A DNA stretch of 24,000 nt, from the sequence record CAJDKA010000002.1; one strand, 5' to 3'. Below the pieces are notes generated by a model that saw only the letters and a list, made by a program, of their open reading frames with translations, had not been told where the DNA came from and searched no databases. A program made the position numbers and the translations under genes. This DNA comes from Enterococcus phage 163. Shown piece after piece: positions 16,784-24,000 of this stretch (within the stretch, counting starts at the first letter, position 1; each line of letters starts with the position of its first letter).

Positions 16784-16855
16784 TGTGACTGCTCAGAATC
16801 GAACTGAGATTCATGTTTCCACAGAACACTGCCGTACCATTAGGCTACAGTCACC
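16784..16855 (-). tRNA. tRNA-His(GUG)
   Basis: Acceptor GTGACTG/CAGTCAC with an extra 5' G; loop CTGTGGA. Confidence 0.88.
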
Positions 16856-16926
16856 ATCATGTGTTCCTTACAAGAATTACTATACAGCATCTTGTAAGGA
16901 AAGTCAACACTTAAATGTAATTTTAT

Positions 16927-17148
16927 TTAAAAAAGTTTTGATGAATCTAATTGAGAGAAACTTTCAGGTAGAGAACCTAGTTCTTCCATATACTCTTGGT
17001 CAATCTCGTAAACAGATAACTCGGTTACTTCATTTTCAATAGTAAGTTTCATTGCTTCTGCTGTTTGTATACTGTGTCCTTCTACTTGAAGCTTATCATC
17101 AAGATAGATGCCTTCCCAGTCTTCTGCAACTACATAGTCTGCTTTCAA
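16927..17148 (-). CDS. Hypothetical protein
   Basis: ORF track. Confidence 0.5.
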   Translation of the reverse strand: MKADYVVAEDWEGIYLDDKLQVEGHSIQTAEAMKLTIENEVTELSVYEIDQEYMEELGSLPESFSQLDSSKLF

Positions 17149-17156
17149 GATATTAC

Positions 17157-17408
17157 CTACTTTCTTCTCAATTTCTGATAAAAATTATTATTCTTGTAAT
17201 CATCCTCGTGGGCATAGAATTTTTTCATGTCATATGTCCAACAAGTTTCCTCTACTCGTTTATGATGTGTCAATGTTACTTCGTCATCAAAACGACCTTG
17301 ATTTAGTTTATGTCTGTAATTTCTATTAACCATTCTTTTTATATCTCGAACAGTTGAATCTTTCATACAAACATATCGGTAATAGGGTTTTCTGTAACTT
17401 CTACTCAT
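17157..17408 (-). CDS. Hypothetical basic protein
   Basis: ORF track. Confidence 0.6.
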   Translation of the reverse strand: MSRSYRKPYYRYVCMKDSTVRDIKRMVNRNYRHKLNQGRFDDEVTLTHHKRVEETCWTYDMKKFYAHEDDYKNNNFYQKLRRK

Positions 17409-17563
17409 TGTAAGTCCTCCTTAATAGATACTTACAATTTAGACAGTACTTTCTTCACAGGAACCACTCCTTATTAATAAAAGCTACCTCCCGAAAAACG
17501 TTTCTTCACCAAAGTGTAAGACGTAAACTAACGACAGGTCATAGTTTTCCAATTAAGGCAAAT

Positions 17564-17637
17564 ACCAGTGAGAGGATTTGAACCTCTGACACCCGCCTTA
17601 TCAAGACGATGCTCTAACCAACTGAGCTACACTGGTG
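17564..17637 (-). tRNA. tRNA-Ile(GAU)
   Basis: Acceptor CACTGGT (+ strand)/ACCAGTG; loop TTGATAA. Confidence 0.93.
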
Positions 17638-17789
17638 TGACCCATGTGTCAGGACTTTCACCTGTTCTCGGGGTGCCCCGCCTCTCTACTAATCTCCTCA
17701 TTCGGTGCCCCTACTAGAGTGACTAGAGATAGTTAGCAATAAAAATTATATATCATGAATCAAATTTTTACTGCATCCTATATACACGA

Positions 17790-17861
17790 TACCGTCTACA
17801 GGATTTGAACCTGTGACATCCACCTTGTAAGGGTGACGTTCTCCCACTGAACTAAGACGGT
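17790..17861 (-). tRNA. tRNA-Val(UAC)
   Basis: Acceptor ACCGTCT/AGACGGT; loop CTTACAA. Confidence 0.92.
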
Positions 17862-17990
17862 GAAATATGGAACCCTACCAGAGGATTTCTTTCGGTATTA
17901 CAGTCACCTCGGCATGAACAAAGCCAGATATTGAGGTCTGGACTTCTCACGCCCCGGGAGTCGAACCCAGTATAGACAAACCATATTTTA

Positions 17991-18086
17991 TACGGAAGAC
18001 AGGATTCGAACCTGCGATATAGGAGTTTTAGTGCACTCATTATCTCCCACGGTATCCGCTACGTATTGCCATCACGTCACTTCCGT
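17991..18086 (-). tRNA. 96-nt tRNA-like gene, anticodon not assignable
   Basis: Acceptor ACGGAAG/CTTCCGT and T-arm GCAGG-TTCGAAT-CCTGT good; 45 nt between D-stem and T-stem do not fold into a standard anticodon arm by eye. Confidence 0.5.
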
Positions 18087-18093
18087 ATGTTAA

Positions 18094-18166
18094 CCGACAG
18101 TAAAGGAATCGAACCTCTATCACTAGATTCGTAGTCTAGCATCCTATCCAATTGAACGAACTGTCG
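18094..18166 (-). tRNA. tRNA-Arg(ACG)
   Basis: Acceptor CGACAGT/ACTGTCG; CTAGA-CTACGAA-TCTAG. Confidence 0.92.
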
Positions 18167-18268
18167 CTCTAGGCTAGCAATTACGCAGACTGACTATGGG
18201 CACCTTTGTCCCGTCTCCTGCAAGTGCCCTCCTACAGGGTGTCCGTGGCACCGCAATGTACTAACCGA

Positions 18269-18342
18269 TGTCTCCACAGGGATTTGAACCCCGAACCCCT
18301 CGATTAAAAGTCGAGTGCTCTAGCCGATTGAGCTATGAAGAC
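18269..18342 (-). tRNA. tRNA-Lys(UUU)
   Basis: Acceptor GTCTTCA/TGGAGAC; CTCGA-CTTTTAA-TCGAG. Confidence 0.93.
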
Positions 18343-18400
18343 AGTTGTGTTTTTCAAGATAACCCTCTCGAAAAACCGTTACTAATAGAAAAACTAAGGG

Positions 18401-18475
18401 TCTCGACTGACAGATTTGAACTGCCTGCTCCTCCTAAGAGGCGTGTTACCAAAGCCATACACCAACTCTTCGAGA
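18401..18475 (-). tRNA. Aberrant tRNA-like gene
   Basis: T-arm GGCAG-TTCAAAT-CTGTC and terminal stem TCTCGA/TCGAGA; U8, D-arm and anticodon arm non-standard. Confidence 0.35.
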
Positions 18476-18476
18476 A

Positions 18477-18550
18477 TATCCCCTACAGGATTCGAACCTG
18501 TGACCCCCTGATTAAGAGTCAGGTGCTACCACCAACTGAGCTAAGGAGAT
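18477..18550 (-). tRNA. tRNA-Lys(CUU)
   Basis: Acceptor ATCTCCT/AGGGGAT; CCTGA-CTCTTAA-TCAGG. Confidence 0.92.
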
Positions 18551-18557
18551 AAGATTA

Positions 18558-18639
18558 CCAATAGCTAGTTAAGCCTTACGGAATCGAACCGCCATGAGGT
18601 TATGAAACTCACATAGACCACTAGACACAAAACTAGCTT
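18558..18639 (-). tRNA. Aberrant tRNA-Met(CAU)-like element with an over-long terminal helix
   Basis: Terminal stem AGCTAGTT/AACTAGCT; TGAG-TTTCATAAC-CTCA arm; T-loop TTCGATT with weak T-stem. Confidence 0.35.
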
Positions 18640-18742
18640 ATTGATAAAATTCTATATAGATAATTGTATGCAATGTTCGCACTAACTAACCAGATAACTA
18701 GCCAATCATTCAAAACATTAATTTGTGAGTTTCCGCTCACAA

Positions 18743-18814
18743 TGCTGATTGAGAGAATCGAACTCCCATTCCCGGGTTACAAAGCCGGAGTAATAGCCGT
18801 TATACTAAATCAGC
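18743..18814 (-). tRNA. tRNA-Thr(UGU)
   Basis: Acceptor GCTGATT/AATCAGC; loop TTTGTAA. Confidence 0.9.
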
Positions 18815-18839
18815 GTAACCCCTCAATAGAGGGGAATTA

Positions 18840-19931
18840 TTATACTAAATTACCATACCCGTAGGTATTTGTTTGAGCTTGTTTAAACATGATGCTCTTG
18901 ATAGTTAAGTCTTTGTACTTTTTATCGTCTTCATCATCAAGGTAAACATCAACGTTAACGTTCTTACCAGAAATACCGATTGTTTCATCTTTGCCAACTG
19001 TTAAGTCTTTACTGTTGAATGATACATCAAAGTAGATGTCATCTTCTTTTGTACGACTACCGAACGAAACTCTGTCACCAAATAAATCTAAGCTTCGAGA
19101 GTTGATTACAACAGGTTGTAACCCACCTTCGAATTGAATAGTTACTGTATAATATTGATTTTCAATATTAAGAATATTTAGGTCAGCGATAGCTTCACCA
19201 AATGGGATACCAAAGTTTAATTCCAACGCAATCGCTCGTAAGCAGTCATAGTTTAACTTAATTCTACGGCTAAACTTAACAACACTGTCAATTTCACCAT
19301 AGTAAGCTTCGTCTAACTTATCTTGCAAGTAAGTACGAATTTCATCTGCATCAGGATATTCGAAACGTAAATGGTAATGGAAACGTCCCGGACGGTTAAG
19401 CATAAAGTCATTTACACGATTTAAGCTATTAACAGTAAGAGCGTAGATACGTTTACGTTGTGATAAACCATCGAATAAGCTCAATAGTTTTTCTTGTGGT
19501 TCACGACCGTCACGGTCGTTGAATACTTTTTCAAATTCATCGAACAGAATGAGAGACTCTTGGTCAATACTGTCGATAAATTCTGCAATCCCCGGATAAG
19601 CTTCTGTAATTAAGATAACAGGCATACCCTCTTCAATAGCTCGTTGAGATAAGATTTGAGTAAATAGTGATTTACCAATCCCTTTGTCTCCACTTAAAAT
19701 GATTCCTAAGCTACGATTAATTGTTTTAAATGTGTGTAGCACTTTTTCAATTTTAGCTAAACGGTCACCGTAAACTTTAGGTTCTTTCAATTCAAAATCG
19801 TCTGTTACTACTAGTGAGAACCCGGACATTTGATTGAATCGAACTTTATAAGTTTGCGCAGGCAACTTATCATAAGTTTTAAGGTCGTTTGCATAAATTT
19901 CATAGTTACTACCATAATTGATTACTTTCAT
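18840..19931 (-). CDS. AAA+ ATPase
   Basis: Walker A LSGDKGIGKSLF, Walker B SLILFDEFEK, sensor-like LTVNS and NRPGRFH. Start placed at MKVINYG (RBS ggggaat); the longer ORF overlaps tRNA-Phe. Confidence 0.85.
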   Translation of the reverse strand: MKVINYGSNYEIYANDLKTYDKLPAQTYKVRFNQMSGFSLVVTDDFELKEPKVYGDRLAKIEKVLHTFKTINRSLGIILSGDKGIGKSLFTQILSQRAIEEGMPVILITEAYPGIAEFIDSIDQESLILFDEFEKVFNDRDGREPQEKLLSLFDGLSQRKRIYALTVNSLNRVNDFMLNRPGRFHYHLRFEYPDADEIRTYLQDKLDEAYYGEIDSVVKFSRRIKLNYDCLRAIALELNFGIPFGEAIADLNILNIENQYYTVTIQFEGGLQPVVINSRSLDLFGDRVSFGSRTKEDDIYFDVSFNSKDLTVGKDETIGISGKNVNVDVYLDDEDDKKYKDLTIKSIMFKQAQTNTYGYGNLV

Positions 19932-19970
19932 AAATATTCCCCTTATTCGTGTGTTGTTAGCATTTGCTAA

Positions 19971-20044
19971 TGGAGAGGGGTGGAATTGAACCACCGACAC
20001 CTAGTTTTTCAGGCTAGTGCTCTAACCGACTGAGCTACCTCTCC
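19971..20044 (-). tRNA. tRNA-Phe(GAA)
   Basis: Acceptor GGAGAGG/CCTCTCC; loop CTGAAAA. Confidence 0.92.
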
Positions 20045-20166
20045 GTGTCAATTTGGACTTATCCCCCACGTGGTTACTAAGATAAGTCCTATGCATTTGA
20101 AGTGTGGATACTCAAAAAATGAGTACAGGTACTAAAAATCTGATGACAAGTCAGATTTATGTCATA

Positions 20167-20238
20167 AGCAGAAGGTGAGATTTGAACTCACGTTCAGGGG
20201 TTTGCAATCCCTAGCCTTAACCACTTGGCTACTTCCGC
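20167..20238 (-). tRNA. tRNA-Cys(GCA)
   Basis: Acceptor GCGGAAG/CTTCTGC; loop TTGCAAA. Confidence 0.9.
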
Positions 20239-20250
20239 AATATCAAAATA

Positions 20251-20322
20251 CACGCCGTGAAGGATTCGAACCCCCGTCTTCCGGGTTGGAGCCGGAAATG
20301 ATAGCCACTACACCAACAGCGC
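20251..20322 (-). tRNA. tRNA-Trp(CCA)
   Basis: Acceptor GCGCTGT/ACGGCGT, discriminator G; TCCGG-CTCCAAC-CCGGA. Confidence 0.88.
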
Positions 20323-20465
20323 AAGATTCGGAGGGGAGGGACTAGCAACCCTCCGAAAAATGTAAGATAATGAGAGATAGAAATTAAATCATGCCACTAT
20401 TAAAGTGGAATAGGTAATTAAGGATTCGAACCTTACAAGCCCTTACTGCTTACCTTGTAAACTTA

Positions 20466-20494
20466 TAGTATCATGCGTTGTACAGAAAGTCAAC
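20466..20494 (-). promoter_or_regulatory. Promoter
   Basis: Minus strand TTGACT - 17 nt - TACTAT; precedes a tRNA-like fragment at about 20411-20460. Confidence 0.65.
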
Positions 20495-20506
20495 ACTTTT
20501 TATAAA

Positions 20507-20534
20507 AATAATAGGGAGAAATATTTCTCCCTAA
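20507..20534 (-). terminator. Rho-independent terminator
   Basis: Minus strand TAGGGAGAAATATTTCTCCCTA stem followed by TTATTTTTA. Confidence 0.7.
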
Positions 20535-20538
20535 AAAA

Positions 20539-20611
20539 TGGACTACTTGGGAATCGAACCCAAACCTGTCAGTTATGAGCTGACGGCTCTGACCTACTGA
20601 GCTAATAGTCC
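20539..20611 (-). tRNA. tRNA-Met(CAU)
   Basis: Acceptor GGACTAT/GTAGTCC; GTCAG-CTCATAA-CTGAC. Confidence 0.92.
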
Positions 20612-20657
20612 GTGTAATAATACCACGAAATAAACCTTAGTAAGTCATATAGTCCCA

Positions 20658-20758
20658 GAAAGGGAGGCATATGATACTAGTGTTGAGTGCCATAATTGTT
20701 TAATAAATGTGACTGAGAGAGTAATAAATTTCTTAGGCATGTCCATATGCCTCCTTTC
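20658..20758 (-). ncRNA. ~100-nt RNA closed by a 15-bp helix
   Basis: + strand GAAAGGGAGGCATATG pairs with CATATGCCTCCTTTC with one bulged G. Confidence 0.5.
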
Positions 20759-20822
20759 CAATAATGATAGTTTTAAAATATAAACAGAATAAATAAAAGA
20801 GAAAATAATAATGAATAATAAC

Positions 20823-20897
20823 GCATGAGAGAGTCGAACCCACTAAAGCTTTGTTATGAGTCAAGTGCCTAAACCGTTCAGCATCTCCGCAGTAATA
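20823..20897 (-). tRNA. Degenerate tRNA-Met(CAU)-like gene
   Basis: Loop CTCATAA, T-loop TTCGACT; acceptor and anticodon stems poorly paired. Confidence 0.4.
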
Positions 20898-20904
20898 CAA
20901 GTTT

Positions 20905-22011
20905 GGTTAAAAACTCAAAACTTAATAGATTAAGGACTTTTCTTCCTGCAAAAATAATAAGGAGAAAATTCTTTCCTTTATGTAAGATAAAAAGACCACT
21001 CTTAGAATGATTTAATCTGTAAAAAACACATCTCATAAACGAGATGCAGTTATAGCTCTATCAAGCAACCTACACCGATTCCGTCGATTACTACCGACAT
21101 CGCCTTGCTCGTGTACTTTGAGCGCCCATTTCCAACCCTCGGTTGCTAATGTTTCTCTCCTAACCTACACCTGAGAGTGGCACACGTCTGTGCTAGTATT
21201 TTATGCCTATTAACTGATTCGCAGACACACTGCTTAATTCAGCCAACCAATCGGCATCCGATAAGATTGATTGTTTCCGTAGGTTCTTTAAGTCACTGGA
21301 GTGGTACTGCCCCACTCACGCCTATTAAAGTGTTAACTTAATAGATAAAAACTACTCATAACAGGTTTACTACCATAGCATTTTCTACTTCCGCCACAGT
21401 GACATGTTTAAAAACTCAAAACTTAATAGATTAAGGGCTTTTCTTCCTGCTTCATATACACTCACTGCATTCGGTCACATACTCAGAGAGGCTGAACCAT
21501 CGGGAGCTACCCGATAGCTTCTCTCTGCCTTTAATGTATGGTCTAGCACGGTGGCTAACAACGTTCACCTAAACATTCAGCTATTAAAAGTATTAATGAA
21601 CATATATCCTTATGTCTTTTATAATATTTTCATCAAAAGCTGACTTAAGCTACTTGTACCAAGGTCTCTTGTTAAACCTGTATTTCTACAGTTCTCGTCA
21701 AAGGGAGTCTTTTGAGTTTTCCAAGGTCTGCCAAGCTTCTCACACTTCCACCTAACTTGGATTCTTTTCCACAGGAACGTCTATTGTATCCCCCAAGAGT
21801 CTTGTACCTTACAATCCATGTATACTCCACATAACGCTTAACTGATATTAGCTTTTACTAATAGTTACTCCTATGTCACCATAAGACCTACCTGCAACCC
21901 AAAGCACTATCGCACCTTCGGTTACATCCAGATTCACGCCACGTTATCCTAGCAAGCTGTTCAAACTTTCTGCACTAGGTTCAAAATCTATTAAGTTTTC
22001 AATTTTTAACC
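20905..22011 (-). ncRNA. Large structured non-coding RNA candidate (GOLLD/ROOL-like class possible)
   Basis: ~1.1 kb without a convincing ORF; termini complementary (GGTTAAAAA..AAAACTTAATAGATT at 22011 end vs 20905-20932); internal copy of the 3' motif at 21406-21450; promoter just upstream. Confidence 0.6.
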
Positions 22012-22032
22012 ACTAACTTGTGGTGTAATACT

Positions 22033-22061
22033 AATATAGCATAACATTACAAAGTTGTAAA
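22033..22061 (-). promoter_or_regulatory. Promoter for the large ncRNA
   Basis: Minus strand TTTACA - 17 nt (ending TATGC) - TATATT; predicted start about 22026. Confidence 0.65.
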
Positions 22062-22095
22062 CACCTTTTTGTAAGTTTTTTTGATTTTTTTTTGA

Positions 22096-22184
22096 TGGAA
22101 GGTAAGGGGGTCGAACCCTTACACCGGATTTCTCCGACCTAACTGATTAGCAATCAGTCCTCTTAACCATTTGAGTAACCTTCC
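22096..22184 (-). tRNA. tRNA-Ser(GCU)
   Basis: Acceptor GGAAGGT/ACCTTCC; ACTGA-TTGCTAA-TCAGT; long variable arm. Confidence 0.93.
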
Positions 22185-22185
22185 A

Positions 22186-22222
22186 AAAACAAAAAGGGAA
22201 CCCCTGTAATTAAACAGGGGTA
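22186..22222 (-). terminator. Rho-independent terminator
   Basis: Minus strand ACCCCTG..CAGGGGT stem followed by TCCCTTTTTGTTTTT. Confidence 0.7.
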
Positions 22223-22293
22223 AGAGAGATGTCTCTAAAAGCCTACAACCATTATAACATAGAAACATAGTTTGTACAGCCGTAACTGTACAA

Positions 22294-22365
22294 CTGTCAG
22301 GACAGGGTTCGAACCTGTATCGTAACTTCCAAAGAGTTATGTCCTACCTGTTAGACGACCTGACA
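22294..22365 (-). tRNA. tRNA-Gln(UUG)
   Basis: Acceptor TGTCAGG/CCTGACA; TAACT-CTTTGGA-AGTTA; discriminator G. Confidence 0.92.
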
Positions 22366-22456
22366 AAAGGTGGAACCTCCCTAAATTTGGGGAAGAGGGA
22401 GGTTATCATGCTATTAACAAACACGAATCTGCTAATCAAGTAATCTTGACTAGCAA

Positions 22457-22527
22457 CTCACCTAGCAGGACTTGAACCTACAAGAACTGGTTAACAGCCA
22501 GTCATGATACCGTTTCATCATAGGTGA
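22457..22527 (-). tRNA. tRNA-Asn(GUU)
   Basis: Acceptor TCACCTA/TAGGTGA; ACTGG-CTGTTAA-CCAGT. Confidence 0.92.
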
Positions 22528-22778
22528 ATTTTAGTTCTATCAACATTATAACACAGAAGCTGATAGAACTAGCAACTTTTTTACAAACTTAACAACTTTT
22601 TTCTTAACTACTGATTCAGCAACTTACTCAATAGTTAAAGACTTAAAGAAAGAGGAAGTAATTGAGGTATGTCAATCACTAACTAAAGTATACAACATTT
22701 TTATCATCCTGACAACAACTAAATGCAAAAAAGTTCAAAAAAGATTATAAATAGTTAAATTATCAGAATATTCAAATT

Positions 22779-22913
22779 AATGTCCTATTTTAAATTTTTG
22801 ACCTCCTTATATACTTAATACTATATATTAAATCTATATATCTAAATTATATAAATATTAGACTATATATTATTAATATATATAAGACTTGCAAAAAATT
22901 AAAATAGGACATT
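22779..22913. repeat. Long inverted repeat flanking an AT-rich core
   Basis: AATGTCCTATTTTAAATTTTT (22779-22799) vs AAAAAATTAAAATAGGACATT (22893-22913), 20 of 21 complementary. Confidence 0.8.
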
Positions 22914-22962
22914 TTTCTGACAATTCACTTTTAGATAAAAAGAAAGAGAGCAAAATGCCCTC

Positions 22963-23301
22963 TTACCGTGTTTCAAAGTATTCCTTGATTGTATATTCTC
23001 TAGCTTCTTTAGCTTCCTCAGTTTCATCTTTAGGAGCTAAATACAAGTCAGTAATTGTAGTAGGTACCCCTACCATCTTGTAGTCAATAAAAGTAGCTTG
23101 ACGTAGATTTAAATATCGAATACCTGTTGTTCTATCAGTACCTGTATGAACAGGCAAGAAAGTTAATTCTTTACCTCTGACAGAGCCATTAGCTTGTGTT
23201 AGTGCATCAACTACAGTTCCGCCCATATAGCGTGGAAATAGGTAAACCTTGTCAGTACCTACTGTAATTTCTGCGACCTTTTCGTGTGTTGGATAGTTCA
23301 C
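22963..23301 (-). CDS. Hypothetical phage protein
   Basis: ORF track. Confidence 0.65.
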   Translation of the reverse strand: MNYPTHEKVAEITVGTDKVYLFPRYMGGTVVDALTQANGSVRGKELTFLPVHTGTDRTTGIRYLNLRQATFIDYKMVGVPTTITDLYLAPKDETEEAKEAREYTIKEYFETR

Positions 23302-23355
23302 TTATAATTTCTCCTTTCAGAATATGCTATAATTACAGTATAAGTATAACATATT

Positions 23356-23703
23356 CTATGGTTTAAAAATGCTGAACACGTAAGTCACAACCGCACCGAG
23401 AACAATCATGAAGATGTTTTCCACGATGTCCCTTTTATGGTCAAACTCTTTGTCGTTTACACCTTCGAGAGCATCAATGGTTTCTTCCAGTTTTGTAATC
23501 TGGTACGTAAGATGTGAATATTTCTCTTCATGAACAGCTAACCTTTTATCAAGACTGTTAACGATGTCCTTCAATTCACTAACTGCATTATTCAGTTCTG
23601 TGTTGTCCTGTTTAATGCCCTTCTCAGTTAGTTCTCCATGTTGGAGCTTGTCTTCCAATCGTTGCAGTCTTAATACTAGGTCACCTATTTGGTAATCGTT
23701 CAT
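23356..23703 (-). CDS. Coiled-coil protein with a C-terminal TM segment (XhlA-like topology)
   Basis: Long coiled coil followed by IVENIFMIVLGAVVTYVFSIF. Confidence 0.6.
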   Translation of the reverse strand: MNDYQIGDLVLRLQRLEDKLQHGELTEKGIKQDNTELNNAVSELKDIVNSLDKRLAVHEEKYSHLTYQITKLEETIDALEGVNDKEFDHKRDIVENIFMIVLGAVVTYVFSIFKP

Positions 23704-23742
23704 TTGTGCTCCCCCTCTCGGTTGTATAGCTCAATCTCCCGG

Positions 23743-24000
23743 TCAGTTAGAAAACCACATGTAACCGCCTATGCCCAGAATACATCCGACAAGGTAAATA
23801 ATTGGAGTATACAGCCCAATAAAGAGCATAACCACGCTACCAACACTAAGTCCGTATAATATCAAAAGATACTTATACGATGCCAAAGGACTTAAATCTG
23901 CTTGCAGTTTTTTGTACTGTATAGCTCGGGTGACATAGTAGGATGCTGAGTAAACGAACAACTGTAGCAATAACATAGCAATAAATGCTAGTCGGTACAT
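23743..24000 (-). CDS. Small multi-TM membrane protein
   Basis: Three hydrophobic segments. Confidence 0.6.
   Translation of the reverse strand: MYRLAFIAMLLLQLFVYSASYYVTRAIQYKKLQADLSPLASYKYLLILYGLSVGSVVMLFIGLYTPIIYLVGCILGIGGYMWFSN

Noticed and set aside
16785-17042. + strand ORF of 85 aa
   Set aside because: Its start overlaps tRNA-His antisense and it lies opposite a better minus-strand ORF; all other genes are on the minus strand.
17852-18040. - strand ORF MSALKLLYRRFES..
   Set aside because: Runs over tRNA-like and structured RNA sequence; no RBS or recognisable domain.
18268-18552. + strand ORF MSPQGFEPRTPRLK.. of 94 aa
   Set aside because: It is the antisense translation of tRNA genes; the GFEPRT / YRIRTCDPL motifs are classic spurious tRNA-antisense peptides.
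19932-20000. Upstream extension of the AAA+ ORF (MSVVQFHPSP..)
   Set aside because: Overlaps the 3' end of tRNA-Phe; a good RBS precedes the internal Met at 19931.

Overview
The window looks like part of a large lytic phage of a low-GC Gram-positive (Firmicutes/Lactobacillales-like) host; this taxonomic reading is inference. All credible genes lie on the minus strand. From left to right: (1) a nucleotide/cofactor block: a thymidylate synthase running off the left edge, with an apparent ~200-aa in-frame homing-endonuclease-like insertion; a Nudix-like protein; a HAD phosphatase; a glutaredoxin/NrdH; PnuC; a deoxynucleoside kinase; and anaerobic RNR NrdD followed by a putative homing endonuclease whose C-terminus repeats the NrdD C-terminus. 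(2) A ParB-like / coiled-coil / XRE / TROVE (Ro60/Rsr-like) block. (3) About 10 kb of RNA genes: at least 22 recognisable tRNAs, a tmRNA with a readable tag (AVNITAKNEELLAVA*), several non-canonical tRNA-like elements, tandem H-type pseudoknots and a ~0.6-1.1 kb structured non-coding region. The most exciting signal is directly upstream of the TROVE gene. Two RNAs there carry tRNA halves in reversed order (T-arm, acceptor 3' strand, tiny cap loop, acceptor 5' strand, D-arm). Each is closed by a covarying outer helix and preceded by a repeated two-hairpin module, all behind a consensus promoter. That architecture matches either Ro60-associated bacterial Y RNAs (YrlA-type tRNA mimics) or circularly permuted tRNA genes. 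A further element of the same topology lies at 14.3 kb. All calls are by eye; no database or folding program was run.
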